From positions 9,369 to 73,368 of the forward strand of contig CACXRO010000017.1 of the NCBI GenBank assembly GCA_902770045.1: a stretch of DNA of 64,000 nucleotides. Reading direction: 5' to 3'. Made by a program: the position numbers and the translations under genes. The stretch comes from an uncultured bacterium (GTDB taxonomy: Bacteria > Verrucomicrobiota > Kiritimatiellia > RFP12 > UBA1067). The notes below the pieces were generated by a model, which was given only the letters and a program-made list of their open reading frames with translations, was not told where the DNA came from and did not search any database. Positions 48,853-58,665 of this stretch are shown here, piece after piece. Each line of letters starts with the position of its first letter. Within the stretch, counting starts at the first letter, position 1.

Positions 48853-48926
48853 TTGCGCGTAGTATACCATTTTTTGGTATAATACGCGTCAACGGCTTAA
48901 ACCACATAAGGAAAGGTCAAAAGGAC

Positions 48927-49934
48927 ATGAACCAGGCAGAGAAGGAGCGCCTCGCCCGAGTCGGCAGGACGTTCAACGCAAAGAAGTACATTGCCGAGGA
49001 GATCGAGGCCATCAGGAAGCAGGTCGGCAACCGGAAGGTGCTGCTCGCGATGTCGGGCGGCGTCGACTCGTCCGTCTGCGCGGTGCTGCTGCAGAAGGCG
49101 ATCGGCAAGCAGCTCGTCTGCGTGTTCGTCGACCACGGCTGCATGCGCCTCAACGAGGCGAAGGAGGTTAAGAAGGTCTTCAAGGGCAAGTTCGGCATCA
49201 ACCTCATCCAGATCGACGCCGAGGCCCGCTTCCTCAAGAAGGCGAAGGGCATCACCGACCCCGAGCTCAAGCGCAAGTGCATCGGCGGCGAGTTCATCAA
49301 GGTCTTCGCCGACGTCGCGCGCGACCTCAAGAAGAAGTTCGGCGACATCGACTTCCTCGGCCAGGGCACGATCTACCCCGACATCATCGAGTCGGGCGTC
49401 GGCGGCAACAAGGCGGTGAAGGCCCACCACAACGTGGGCGGGCTCCCGAAGGACATCATCTTCAAGGGCCTCGTCGAGCCGGTGAAGTACCTCTACAAGG
49501 ACGAGGTGCGCAAGGTCGGCAAGCTCCTCGGCATCCCCGAGGAGATGGTCATGCGCCAGCCGTTCCCGGGCCCGGGCCTCGCGGTCCGCTGCATCGGCGA
49601 GCTCACCAAGGAGAAGCTCGACATCCTCCGCCAGGCGGACTTCATCTTCCGCGACGAGATGAAGAAGGCGAAGCTCGACAGGAAGGCGCAGCAGTTCTTC
49701 GCGATCAACTCGAACGTGAAGGCGGTCGGCGTCAAGAACGGCGCGCGCACCTACGGCTACGTGATCGCGATCCGCGCGATCTCCACGCAGCAGTTCGTCA
49801 AGGCCGGCGTCGTGGAGCTGCCGTTCAAGTTCGTGACGGCCGTCGCCGAGAAGATCGCGACGAAGGTGAAGGGCGTCAACCGCGTGGTGTGGGACGTGAC
49901 GCCCAAGCCGCCCGCCACGATCGAGTGGGAGTGA
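48927..49934 (+). CDS. guaA: GMP synthase ATP-pyrophosphatase (B) subunit, no glutaminase domain
   Basis: SGGVDSSV, QGTIYPDIIES, HHNVGGLP, RQPFPGPGL, DVTPKPPATIEWE. Only 335 aa. Confidence 0.85.
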   Translation: MNQAEKERLARVGRTFNAKKYIAEEIEAIRKQVGNRKVLLAMSGGVDSSVCAVLLQKAIGKQLVCVFVDHGCMRLNEAKEVKKVFKGKFGINLIQIDAEARFLKKAKGITDPELKRKCIGGEFIKVFADVARDLKKKFGDIDFLGQGTIYPDIIESGVGGNKAVKAHHNVGGLPKDIIFKGLVEPVKYLYKDEVRKVGKLLGIPEEMVMRQPFPGPGLAVRCIGELTKEKLDILRQADFIFRDEMKKAKLDRKAQQFFAINSNVKAVGVKNGARTYGYVIAIRAISTQQFVKAGVVELPFKFVTAVAEKIATKVKGVNRVVWDVTPKPPATIEWE

Positions 49935-49944
49935 TCTCGCCGAG

Positions 49945-51333
49945 GTGAAGCGCTCGGCCAGGGCATGGACGCTGTTCGCGGCGACCCGAGTCGTCGGGCT
50001 CGCCGCGGACGTCTGCGCCGTCGGCGCGGCGTACTACGGGGCGATCCTCCTCAGGTTCGACCTGCGCGCGCCGCGCTGGGGCTGGACGGCGGTGCTGACC
50101 AGCTTCTCGGTCGTCGCGCTCGTCCACGTCCTCGCCCTCGCCGCCGCCGGCTGCTACCGCCTCGCCTGGCGGCGCACGCGCCTGAAGGACCTCTCGCGCT
50201 ACCTCGTCGCGACCGCGGCGGCCTGCGCGGTGCTCACCGGCCTCAGGTTCGTGCTGCCGGTGGAGAGCTACGCCCACGTGCGCCCGCCCTACTCGGTGAC
50301 GCTCATCTGCTTCGTGCTCGCGTCGGTCGCGCTGGTCATCTGGCGCATCGCCTGGAGCTGGCTGTGGCAGTCTCGCGCGAGCGACGAGCGCCTCATCGAG
50401 CGGAGCGTGGCGAGGATGGACGCCGCGCCCGCCACCGGGTTCATCTGCGGGCGCACGGTGATGGTGACCGGCGCCGGCGGGTCGATCGGCTCGGAGCTCG
50501 TGCGCCAGGCGCTCGCGGCGAAGCCGAAGCGGCTTTTGATGGTGGAGCGCGGCGAGAACGCGCTCTACCAGATCGAGCGCGAGGTGCGCTCGCGCTTTCC
50601 GGAGGCGGACGTCCGCGCACTGATGAAGGACGTGAACGACGTCGCCGCGATGCGCGAGATCTTCGCCGAGCACCGTCCGGAGATCGTTGTCCACGCCGCC
50701 GCCTACAAGCATGTGCCGATGGTGGAGGCGAACCCGGAGGAGGGCTGGCGCAACAACACCGAGGCGACGCGCGCGCTCGCGGAACTCGCCCGCGAATTCG
50801 GCGTCCGCCGCTTCGTCCTCATCTCCACCGACAAGGCGGTGAACCCGGTTTCGGTGATGGGCAAGACCAAGCTTGCCGCGGAGCAGGCGGTGATGGAGCT
50901 CAACTGCGACTGCTCCGCCGAGTCGCTCGCGCCGCAGACGAGCTTCTGCGCGGTCAGGTTCGGCAACGTGTTCGGTTCCTCGGGATCGGTGGTGCAGCTC
51001 TTCCGCGAGCAGATCCTCGGCCGGCGTCCGGTGACGGTGACCGATCCGGCGATGGAACGCTACTTCATGACCGTCTCCGAGGCGGTGGGGCTGGTGCTGC
51101 AGGCGGCGAGCAGGTCCGAGAAGGCGATCTACACCCTGGACATGGGCGAGCCGGTGAGGATCCTCGATCTCGCCGAGGGGATGATCCGCCAGGCCGGGCT
51201 GAGGCCGTATGTGGACATACCGATCGTCTTCACCGGCATCCGCCCCGGCGAGAAGCTGCGCGAGGAGCTGGACGTCTCGGACAAGTCGGCCTACAAGACC
51301 GACATGGCCAAGATCTACATCACGAAGGCCTAA
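49945..51333 (+). CDS. CapD/PglF-like nucleoside-diphosphate sugar dehydratase
   Basis: Four N-terminal TM helices; TGAGGSIGSE, HAAAYKHVP, ISTDKAVNP, VRFGNV.GSSGSV, GIRPGEKL. Confidence 0.9.
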   Translation: MKRSARAWTLFAATRVVGLAADVCAVGAAYYGAILLRFDLRAPRWGWTAVLTSFSVVALVHVLALAAAGCYRLAWRRTRLKDLSRYLVATAAACAVLTGLRFVLPVESYAHVRPPYSVTLICFVLASVALVIWRIAWSWLWQSRASDERLIERSVARMDAAPATGFICGRTVMVTGAGGSIGSELVRQALAAKPKRLLMVERGENALYQIEREVRSRFPEADVRALMKDVNDVAAMREIFAEHRPEIVVHAAAYKHVPMVEANPEEGWRNNTEATRALAELAREFGVRRFVLISTDKAVNPVSVMGKTKLAAEQAVMELNCDCSAESLAPQTSFCAVRFGNVFGSSGSVVQLFREQILGRRPVTVTDPAMERYFMTVSEAVGLVLQAASRSEKAIYTLDMGEPVRILDLAEGMIRQAGLRPYVDIPIVFTGIRPGEKLREELDVSDKSAYKTDMAKIYITKA

Positions 51334-51336
51334 ACC

Positions 51337-54300
51337 TCAGATCTCGTTGAGCCCGGGCTTGAGTTCGAGCGACTGTCCGCCGTAGACGAACCTGCCGGCG
51401 ACGGGCGTCCGCACGGTGCCGGCGGCCTTGCCGTCCGCGAACCTGAGCTCGACCTCGATCCAGCCCTTCGGGTGCGGGTGCGACGCCTTGAGCTCGCCGA
51501 GCGGACCGGGGCACGGCGCGACGAGCACCTTCTCGAAGAACGGCGCGTCGGACCTGATGCCGGCGAGCCCGGTCTGCATGAACCAGATCGGGTGCGCGCC
51601 CCAGGCGTGGCAGTCGCTTCTCGACTCCTGCTGCCCGTTCTTGCCCTTGTCCGGTGCCTCCTGCGTCGTGGCGAGGCCCTTCTTCACGTAGTCTCGCCAG
51701 AGGTCGAGCCGCTTGAGGAAGAGGTCGCCGCGCCCGTACTTGAAATACGCCTCGAAGAGATAGTACGAGAAATACACGGTGCAGCGCTTGAGGTTCCTGT
51801 CTTCGACGAGGTGGCGGAACGCGGCGGCGGCCTTGTCCTCGGGCAGGACTTCGCCGACGAGCGCGAGCGCCTGCGCGTGCTCCGAGAAGTCCTTCTTCGC
51901 CGGCGTGTCGGCGAGGAGGGAGCGCCTCGGGTCCCAGAACTTCTCGACGATCTTCGCCTTCAGCGCCGCGGACTTCTCCTCCCAGTACTTCGCCTGCAGC
52001 TCGTGGCCGAGCGCGCGCTCGACCGCCGCGGCGGAGCGCATGGCGAGGTTCCAGTAGAGGTTGAGCTCGGCGTTGACGCCGTCGCCGAAGCGGCAGCCGC
52101 GCGCGGTGCCGTCGCCTTCCCAGCCGTCCGTCCAGTCCATGAAGTTCCAGCCCGGCAGGTTCTCGAGCAGTCCGTCCTTGTTCTCGTAGTACTCCATTCC
52201 CGCCATCGACTTCCTGAGGCCGGGCAGCCGCGCGCGCAGCCACGCGCGGTCGGCGTGGTTCATCGCGTAGTCGCCGTACATCAGCAGGTAGCAGAGTGTG
52301 TAGCTCGCGCCCTCCTGCGTGTAGCGCGTCGGATAGTTGAACGGGCACTGCCCGTCGTCGCGCGTGTTGAGGTCGTAGATTTCGATCGCGCGCCTGATGA
52401 TGCGGTCGTCGCGCGACATCGCGGAGAGGACGTTCAGCTGCACGCGCGTGTCGCCGGGATACATCTGCTGCTCGTAGAACGGGCAGTCGAAGAGCATCTC
52501 GTGGCAGCACATCTGCATCGCGCGCGCGGAGATGCGGCGGATGTCGGCGAGGGACGCGTCGTCGGCCGACGAGAACGCGCTCTCCAGCTCCACCGGATAG
52601 CGCGACTCGATGAGCGCGACGGAGTCGACCGTGAGCGGCTCGTCGCCGGTCTCGACGTCGATCCTCACCCACTTGCCGCAGCGGAACCACGGCGCGGAGA
52701 ACCGCGCCTTCGTCCGCCCGTCGGAGACGAACGTGTCGCCGAAGGCGTTCAGGTAGCGGCCGACGATCGCGTCGCGCGAGCCCGGTTCGCTCGTCTTGAG
52801 CTTGCTGTCGCCGCGCAGCGTCGCCTCGGCGAAGTTGAGCGAGAACTTCGCGCCCTTGCCGCCTGAGAGGACGACGTCCGGGTAGGCGCAGTAGTAGTTG
52901 CCGAGGTCCCACGCAAGCTGCATCTTCGTGCGCGCGGGGACGGTGAACGGCTTGGAGAGGTCGACCGTCTCCTTCGCCTCGTCCTCGGTGTAGACGTGGG
53001 GGCGGCGGAATTCCGTTCCCCTGGCGACCGCCTTGACCCTGCCGGGCGTGCAGCGGATCTCGGTCTGGTCGGGGAGCTGCGAGGGGAAGAGCATCCACCC
53101 GGTCGTGCGGATGCCGTAGATGAACGGACCTGGCACGCCCGCAGGCCCGCGCACGACCTCCGGCTTCGTCCACTCGGCCGGCTCGCCGGAATACGGACCG
53201 CACCCGGTGATCTCGAACTGGTCGCCGCCGCCCCAGGCGCCGCCGTCCTTGCCGGCGGGGCGGATTCCGGAAATTCTCCCCACCGTCCAGGCGCCCTTGC
53301 CGGTGGTGAGCTTCGCGTCGAACTGCCCGTTCGCCTTGAAGATAAAACCGCCGCGGTAGGAAAGCTGCGCGAGCGGGGCCGAGTCGCCGATGACCTGCAC
53401 GTACGCCTCGAAGACGTGGCGCCCCGGCTTCAGGTCGGCGACGTAGGTCTGATACTGCCAGTTCTCCACCGTGCCGCGGTTGGGCCCGCGCGCGACGAAC
53501 TCGCCGTCGAGCAGGAGCACGAAGCGCTCGTCGGCCGAGACGTCGAATACGAGCGGGGCCGCGCCCTCCGCGACCTCGAACTCGTTGCGGAACTTGACGA
53601 AGCAGAACCTGTCGTTCGCCGCGCCGGGCAGCCACAGCCACGACGCGTCGTCGACCGGCTGCACCTTGAGGATGTTGGTGTTGCCGCGGGTGACGCGAGC
53701 GTCGCGGAAGGCGCGGCGGACCCTGGCGCCTTCGACGGCGTCCATCGCGGCGCCGCGGAGGACTTTCGCGCGGCCGTCGTCGAGCCAGTCCGGCCGGTAT
53801 TCGCACTTGCGCACGTCGGCGCCGAAGAGCTTGGCCGTCCATACCAGCCCCTGCAGGTACTGCCCCTGCCGGTTGAAGTGGAAGTCCGGGCTGGTGAAGA
53901 GCTGGTTGCGGTCGTCGACGAACTCCGCCGCGGTGCCGACGGGGATGACCTCCAGGGCGTGCCGCTTCGCGAATGCGGCGTAGGCCGCCCTCAGCCGAGC
54001 GTACATCTCGACCTGGTCGAAGCCGTATTTCCCGAGGCGCCGGTCCCACGGCGGATAGCTCCACGTCTCCTGCACGACGATCTTCGCCTGCGGCGCGAGT
54101 TCGCGGATCTTCGCGACGAGCCTGTCGCCCTCGGGCTGGAACGTCGACGGGTTCCAGCTGTCGTGGCTCGCCTGCTGGACCGTCACCACGTCCCACTTCT
54201 CCATCGCCAGCGCGTCGGGGATGTTGGCGCGTCCGTCCGAGACCTCGGCCTTGCCGTCGGCAGTGCGGTCGAAGCGGTACGGCTTGAACGCGGCGTTGGT

Positions 54301-54543
54301 GGAGGCGACCACGTTGTTCCAGTGGCGCTTGAGCGAGCAGCCGGGGATGTAGAGCGAGCCGAGGTCGAGCTTGAGGCCCATCGACTTCGCGATCGGCGGC
54401 ATCTCCTTCAGGTTGCAGATCGAGAAGCTGTTTCCGATCATCAGCACCTTGAGGGGTTTCTCTTTGGCAGCCGCGGCGGACTCGGCGGCGGGGGCGAACG
54501 ACGCCACGGCGCACGCCGCGGCCAGGATGATGATTTTCTTCAT
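51337..54543 (-). CDS. Secreted DUF4886 (SGNH-like) + GH78 alpha-L-rhamnosidase fusion
   Basis: Signal peptide; IGNSFS, WDVVTVQQAS, QETWSY; then DCPFYEQQMYPGD and SDCHAWGAHP (GH78). Confidence 0.85.
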   Translation of the reverse strand: MKKIIILAAACAVASFAPAAESAAAAKEKPLKVLMIGNSFSICNLKEMPPIAKSMGLKLDLGSLYIPGCSLKRHWNNVVASTNAAFKPYRFDRTADGKAEVSDGRANIPDALAMEKWDVVTVQQASHDSWNPSTFQPEGDRLVAKIRELAPQAKIVVQETWSYPPWDRRLGKYGFDQVEMYARLRAAYAAFAKRHALEVIPVGTAAEFVDDRNQLFTSPDFHFNRQGQYLQGLVWTAKLFGADVRKCEYRPDWLDDGRAKVLRGAAMDAVEGARVRRAFRDARVTRGNTNILKVQPVDDASWLWLPGAANDRFCFVKFRNEFEVAEGAAPLVFDVSADERFVLLLDGEFVARGPNRGTVENWQYQTYVADLKPGRHVFEAYVQVIGDSAPLAQLSYRGGFIFKANGQFDAKLTTGKGAWTVGRISGIRPAGKDGGAWGGGDQFEITGCGPYSGEPAEWTKPEVVRGPAGVPGPFIYGIRTTGWMLFPSQLPDQTEIRCTPGRVKAVARGTEFRRPHVYTEDEAKETVDLSKPFTVPARTKMQLAWDLGNYYCAYPDVVLSGGKGAKFSLNFAEATLRGDSKLKTSEPGSRDAIVGRYLNAFGDTFVSDGRTKARFSAPWFRCGKWVRIDVETGDEPLTVDSVALIESRYPVELESAFSSADDASLADIRRISARAMQMCCHEMLFDCPFYEQQMYPGDTRVQLNVLSAMSRDDRIIRRAIEIYDLNTRDDGQCPFNYPTRYTQEGASYTLCYLLMYGDYAMNHADRAWLRARLPGLRKSMAGMEYYENKDGLLENLPGWNFMDWTDGWEGDGTARGCRFGDGVNAELNLYWNLAMRSAAAVERALGHELQAKYWEEKSAALKAKIVEKFWDPRRSLLADTPAKKDFSEHAQALALVGEVLPEDKAAAAFRHLVEDRNLKRCTVYFSYYLFEAYFKYGRGDLFLKRLDLWRDYVKKGLATTQEAPDKGKNGQQESRSDCHAWGAHPIWFMQTGLAGIRSDAPFFEKVLVAPCPGPLGELKASHPHPKGWIEVELRFADGKAAGTVRTPVAGRFVYGGQSLELKPGLNEI

Positions 54544-54597
54544 GTGCGCATTATACCATAATTTCCGGTCCAGTGGTTGAAGCCCGGTGCCTATTAA

Positions 54598-54870
54598 AGT
54601 TGAAAGGTTGAAAAGTTGAAAGGTTGAAAGGCCGCGGCAGATTGCGCGGCGGTTTTGGTTTAACACGCGGATTTGTTCGCGTCTAACGACGCTCACCTTT
54701 CGCGGCGGCGGAAATCTGCCGCGAAAGCCAACACGGCCCGCGGCAAAAATGGTATAATTCACGCGATGAACAACCGTGACAAGTCCGCGCTTGCGCTCGC
54801 CCTCGCCATCGTGGGCGGAATTGCGGCTGGCTTGCGCTACACCCCGCGCCCCGCGGCATATACAGTAAAA
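54598..54870 (+). repeat. Direct repeat S copy 1: TTGAAAGG tandems + 12-mer + palindrome + promoter + signal-peptide stub
   Basis: Aligns with 56071..56359. Contains the stub ORF 54766..54882 (MNNRDKSALALALAIVGGIAAG...). Confidence 0.9.
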
Positions 54871-54907
54871 ACATGTAGGTGAAGACGGGGGAGAAGGAGG
54901 TTCGCTG

Positions 54908-56008
54908 ATGCCATACGACGATCCGGCACTTAAGGAGTTTGACGGCTATTATCAGGCCAGGAGCGCGAGTCAGAGGGAGCGCGCCGAAAACTGGGCTGTC
55001 GCCATCGGTTTGCAGAAAGTGGATGGGCTTGTTCCGTCGGAACACTTGATTTCCGTTGCGAAGCGTCATATTGAAGGGCAGATTACCGGTGCGGAGGCGA
55101 CAAGTCTTGTCGATCGTTATTACGAGACCAAGGCCGGACATGATCTGCCGGAAGATGTGAAGGAAGCCGATCGCGTCGCTGCCAGGATCAATGAGGTCAT
55201 TGAGGACGAAGGCTTCAGTTTCTCCCCGACATATCTTGTCGCTTTGCATGGATTGATATTCGAGGGCGTGTTCCCCCACGCTGGATCAATCCGCGATGTA
55301 AACCTCCGCAAGCGCGAGTGGGTGCTAAGGGGCGACAGCGTGACATACGGCCACGCTCCGGCGATCGAAAAGACACTGGACTACGATTTCGACCGTGAAC
55401 GGGAATATTCATATTCCGGCAAGGGCAAACGCGAAATCATTGCCCACTTCTCGCGCTTCATTGCCGGGATATGGCAGATACATCCCTTTCGGGAGGGCAA
55501 TACGCGCACGACTGCGGTTTTTGCGATAAAATATTTGAAGTCGATGCGCATCAAGGCAACGAACGATCTTTTTGCGGAGAACTCGTGGTTCTTTCGGAAT
55601 GCCCTTGTGAGAGCCAACTATGAAAATCCGCTTTCCGGAATTTCGCGCGACATGGAGCCTCTCGAACGCTTCTTCCGCAATCTTATCCTTGGCGAGGAAA
55701 ACGAACTTAAGAACCGGTATTTGCTTGTCGGGATCAAACCGTCCGAAAAGGCGCAGCTTGATGCCAACCGGCAAGGCAGTCAGAAAAAAGCGGTCAGAAA
55801 AAAGCGGTCAGAAAAAAGCGGTCAGAAAACGGCTGACCGGCTGGTGTCGCTGCTCAAGGCAAATCCGCATCTCACGCAGGAGGGAATGGTTGCGGCTCTA
55901 ATGATAACGCGGAGCACTGTCCAGAAGCATATTTCAAACTTGAAAAAGTCGGGCCTCCTTCGCCGTGTCGGACCAGACAAGGGAGGACATTGGGAGGTTG
56001 CGAAATAA
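54908..56008 (+). CDS. Fic-family protein with N-terminal VbhA-like antitoxin segment and C-terminal HTH
   Basis: HPFREGNTRT Fic motif; AIGLQKVDGL.PS N-terminus; RRVGPDKGGHWEV winged-helix tail. Confidence 0.9.
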   Translation: MPYDDPALKEFDGYYQARSASQRERAENWAVAIGLQKVDGLVPSEHLISVAKRHIEGQITGAEATSLVDRYYETKAGHDLPEDVKEADRVAARINEVIEDEGFSFSPTYLVALHGLIFEGVFPHAGSIRDVNLRKREWVLRGDSVTYGHAPAIEKTLDYDFDREREYSYSGKGKREIIAHFSRFIAGIWQIHPFREGNTRTTAVFAIKYLKSMRIKATNDLFAENSWFFRNALVRANYENPLSGISRDMEPLERFFRNLILGEENELKNRYLLVGIKPSEKAQLDANRQGSQKKAVRKKRSEKSGQKTADRLVSLLKANPHLTQEGMVAALMITRSTVQKHISNLKKSGLLRRVGPDKGGHWEVAK

Positions 56009-56070
56009 TGACAAAAGGGTTGGACCCTTCTGTATAACGCCGGTTGAAAGGTTGGGCGGAGCCGGTTGAG

Positions 56071-56359
56071 AAGTTGAAAAGTTGAAAGGTTGAAAGGCCG
56101 CGGCAGTTTTGATTAACACGCGGATTTGTTCGCGTCTAACGACGCTCACCTTTCGCGGCGGCGGGAATCTGCCGCGAAGGTTAACACGGAGCGCGGCAAA
56201 AATGGTATAATTCACGCGATGAAACCCCATGCCAAGACCGCGCTTTCCCTCGCCCTCGCCATCGTGGGCGGAATTGCGGCTGGCATGCGCTGTGACGCGT
56301 CCGTGACGGTGGAAACCCCGACGCAGATCAACCCGCGCCCTGCGGCATATACAGTAAAA
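56071..56359 (+). repeat. Direct repeat S copy 2
   Basis: Same order of elements as 54598..54870; stub MKPHAKTALSLALAIVGGIAAG. Confidence 0.9.
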
Positions 56360-56653
56360 GCATATACAGAAGGGTCTGCCCCTTTTGTCCCACTCACTGG
56401 TCAGGCATGGGCCGAATCACCCGACGAAAAGACGGCTGATGCGTTCGCGGCAGACATGCTGTTGCCGGCGTCTTGCAACAGGGAGGTAGCGGCACTCAAT
56501 TCTCTTGCAGAAGTCAGGCGCTTCGCAGATGACCACGACCTTTCGCCGGGCATAGTCGTGGGACGGTATCGCCATATCACGCAACGATTCAACGCATTCG
56601 GCAATTCCATAGCCCGCTTCACATGGTCAGAGGGGATGTGGAGGGTTGCATAG
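56219..56653 (+). pseudogene. Chimeric ORF: signal-peptide stub fused to an ImmA/IrrE-like C-terminal fragment
   Basis: After the S-repeat stub: EKTADAFAADMLLP...SPGIVVGRYRH. The HExxH core is absent. Confidence 0.55.
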
Positions 56654-56704
56654 AGCGCAGCCATCGCGCCAGTCCAATAGAGGCTGACATTGGGAGGTGG
56701 AGAA

Positions 56705-57439
56705 ATGACAAAACTCATTGAAAATGCGCGGCGGGAAGAGTGGATTGCGCTTGCTAAAAGAGTAGGCTACATTCATGCTGCCGATGTTATTGCCTCAGGC
56801 GACATGTCGCAAGAGTGGATGTTTGCCGAACTGATAATTGCATTTGCGGCGGGGCGAGAAAGGGGGCAGGAGGGTTGCTTCTACGATGTCGTACCAGTTG
56901 GCAGCACCGAAACAAGTCCGATTGATGCCTATGATGACAATTGGCTGCTAGAAGGCAAACCAGAAGGAACTGTCGTGCCGCCGGCGAGCGGGCGCGAGAC
57001 AATTAGGACGCCAAACCTGAAATGTGCAAACCCGTCATTCGCGGCAAGATTGATTATGTATGTAAGGGACAAGTTTGGCGGAGATGCACCGACCATATAC
57101 CGGGCAGCGCATATTAGCCGTAAAACGTATTCGGCAATCATCAGCAATGAACTGCGACCGGTCTCAAAGCATGTTGCCATTGCATTTGCCTTTGCGCTAA
57201 GGTTGTCTCTAGCCGAGGCGAAGGAGTTGTTGCGCTCTGCCGGTCACGCACTTTCGGACTTCATCCTTGAGGACATAATCTATCAAGCCTGCATTATCGC
57301 TGGGATTTACGATATAGCACGGGTAAATCAAATATTAACCGCTCATAATGCAAAGCCTTTGCCTTGTCAAGATGAGGCATCAAAATGTCTCCAACGCGGA
57401 GACAACTTAAAAAAAGAACAAACCTACATTCCATTGTGA
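56705..57439 (+). CDS. XRE-type HTH protein (the family often fused to macro domains)
   Basis: IYRAAHISRKTYSAI, SKHVAIAFAFAL.LSL.EAKELLRSAGHALS, YDIARVNQIL. Confidence 0.7.
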   Translation: MTKLIENARREEWIALAKRVGYIHAADVIASGDMSQEWMFAELIIAFAAGRERGQEGCFYDVVPVGSTETSPIDAYDDNWLLEGKPEGTVVPPASGRETIRTPNLKCANPSFAARLIMYVRDKFGGDAPTIYRAAHISRKTYSAIISNELRPVSKHVAIAFAFALRLSLAEAKELLRSAGHALSDFILEDIIYQACIIAGIYDIARVNQILTAHNAKPLPCQDEASKCLQRGDNLKKEQTYIPL

Positions 57440-57484
57440 CAAAAGATATGTTATCATGTTGCACATTGAGAAAGGAACGATAAC

Positions 57485-58615
57485 ATGCTAGATGAATCTA
57501 CAGTAGATAGTCAGTATGAGTTAAAGCAGTGGATTAATCTCATGGATAGAAACGAATGGGCTGTGAAATATCTCGGACGGCGAGTCAAGAAAGAGTTTTG
57601 GGATGAATTTTCATATCATGATCGTTATGCACGTAACAATGGTTTTTCGCGGCATAGAAAGTTTGAATGGGACGGAGGAATCCCCATAGTTGAAGACAGA
57701 AATTTAGAAACTACGAGTTTTGTGCACCTTCTTGAGGTTTCTTTTTATGAATCTGGAGATGAGGAGGGTCGGATAAAGAGTATAGATGCTCAACATATGG
57801 AGTATTGGGAAAACTATTCTAACTGGCAAGATCATGCGGAGCATAGAGTCAGTAACATTCGTCCGCCGACATGGAATGAAATTAGACAGTATTCTGAAAT
57901 CCTTGACAAATATACAATAAAAGAACCAAATGTTGTTATTGAACATTTGCTTTCCTATTTGGAACATATAAGTCAGCGAAAGAGTGGTGATCTTATCCTT
58001 GAGCGGGAGTATGGAGCCACGAATTGTCTTAGAGGATTTCGCCTCAGGTTCAAAACGAGCAAAAACCATTTTGATATTGGGGCCGAAGAACTAGAGAGCG
58101 TGCTTTGTAGGCTCCATTTTGATTTGGGTGCGTTTATATTTGCAAAGGGTGGAGTGAAATATGTATTGAATTTGCTTGATTTCGAGAGAGAGTTCGGGAT
58201 TAGAGAAAGAATTGATAAACTAAAAGATGCGTTCTTATTGCGGCTGTATAAAAGTTCTGAGCAGTACATAACATTTACTGGTGAAAGCAAGAGAATGTGG
58301 TGGCGAAAAGCCAGATGGCGTTTAGCTGAATTGCTTTCGCAAGAATATCGAGAGTTTGAGAATGGTTTGATTTTACACGGATGTGCTGCCGACGTGCCAC
58401 GTAATTATCTGGATCATGATTGGTTCTTCTTTGATCCGTGCTGGGAAATCGTGAATTCTGTTAATGGGTTTTGTGATTTGAAAGAGCCGCCAGTCATATC
58501 AGTACAAATTCCTCCTGTGGCGACGCAAGCGTCGGGCGAGGAATTATTAGATGATGAAGAAAATAGCGCGATAGAAGAGGTAGATGATATTGGGCATCGC
58601 GGGGGATATTATTAA
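57485..58615 (+). CDS. Hypothetical low-GC protein
   Basis: 376-codon ORF with RBS AAAGGA. No family recognised. Confidence 0.6.
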   Translation: MLDESTVDSQYELKQWINLMDRNEWAVKYLGRRVKKEFWDEFSYHDRYARNNGFSRHRKFEWDGGIPIVEDRNLETTSFVHLLEVSFYESGDEEGRIKSIDAQHMEYWENYSNWQDHAEHRVSNIRPPTWNEIRQYSEILDKYTIKEPNVVIEHLLSYLEHISQRKSGDLILEREYGATNCLRGFRLRFKTSKNHFDIGAEELESVLCRLHFDLGAFIFAKGGVKYVLNLLDFEREFGIRERIDKLKDAFLLRLYKSSEQYITFTGESKRMWWRKARWRLAELLSQEYREFENGLILHGCAADVPRNYLDHDWFFFDPCWEIVNSVNGFCDLKEPPVISVQIPPVATQASGEELLDDEENSAIEEVDDIGHRGGYY

Positions 58616-58665
58616 TGTGAGTCGCAATATGTAGTAATGTTCACTCATAAAGAAAGGAAATGTAA

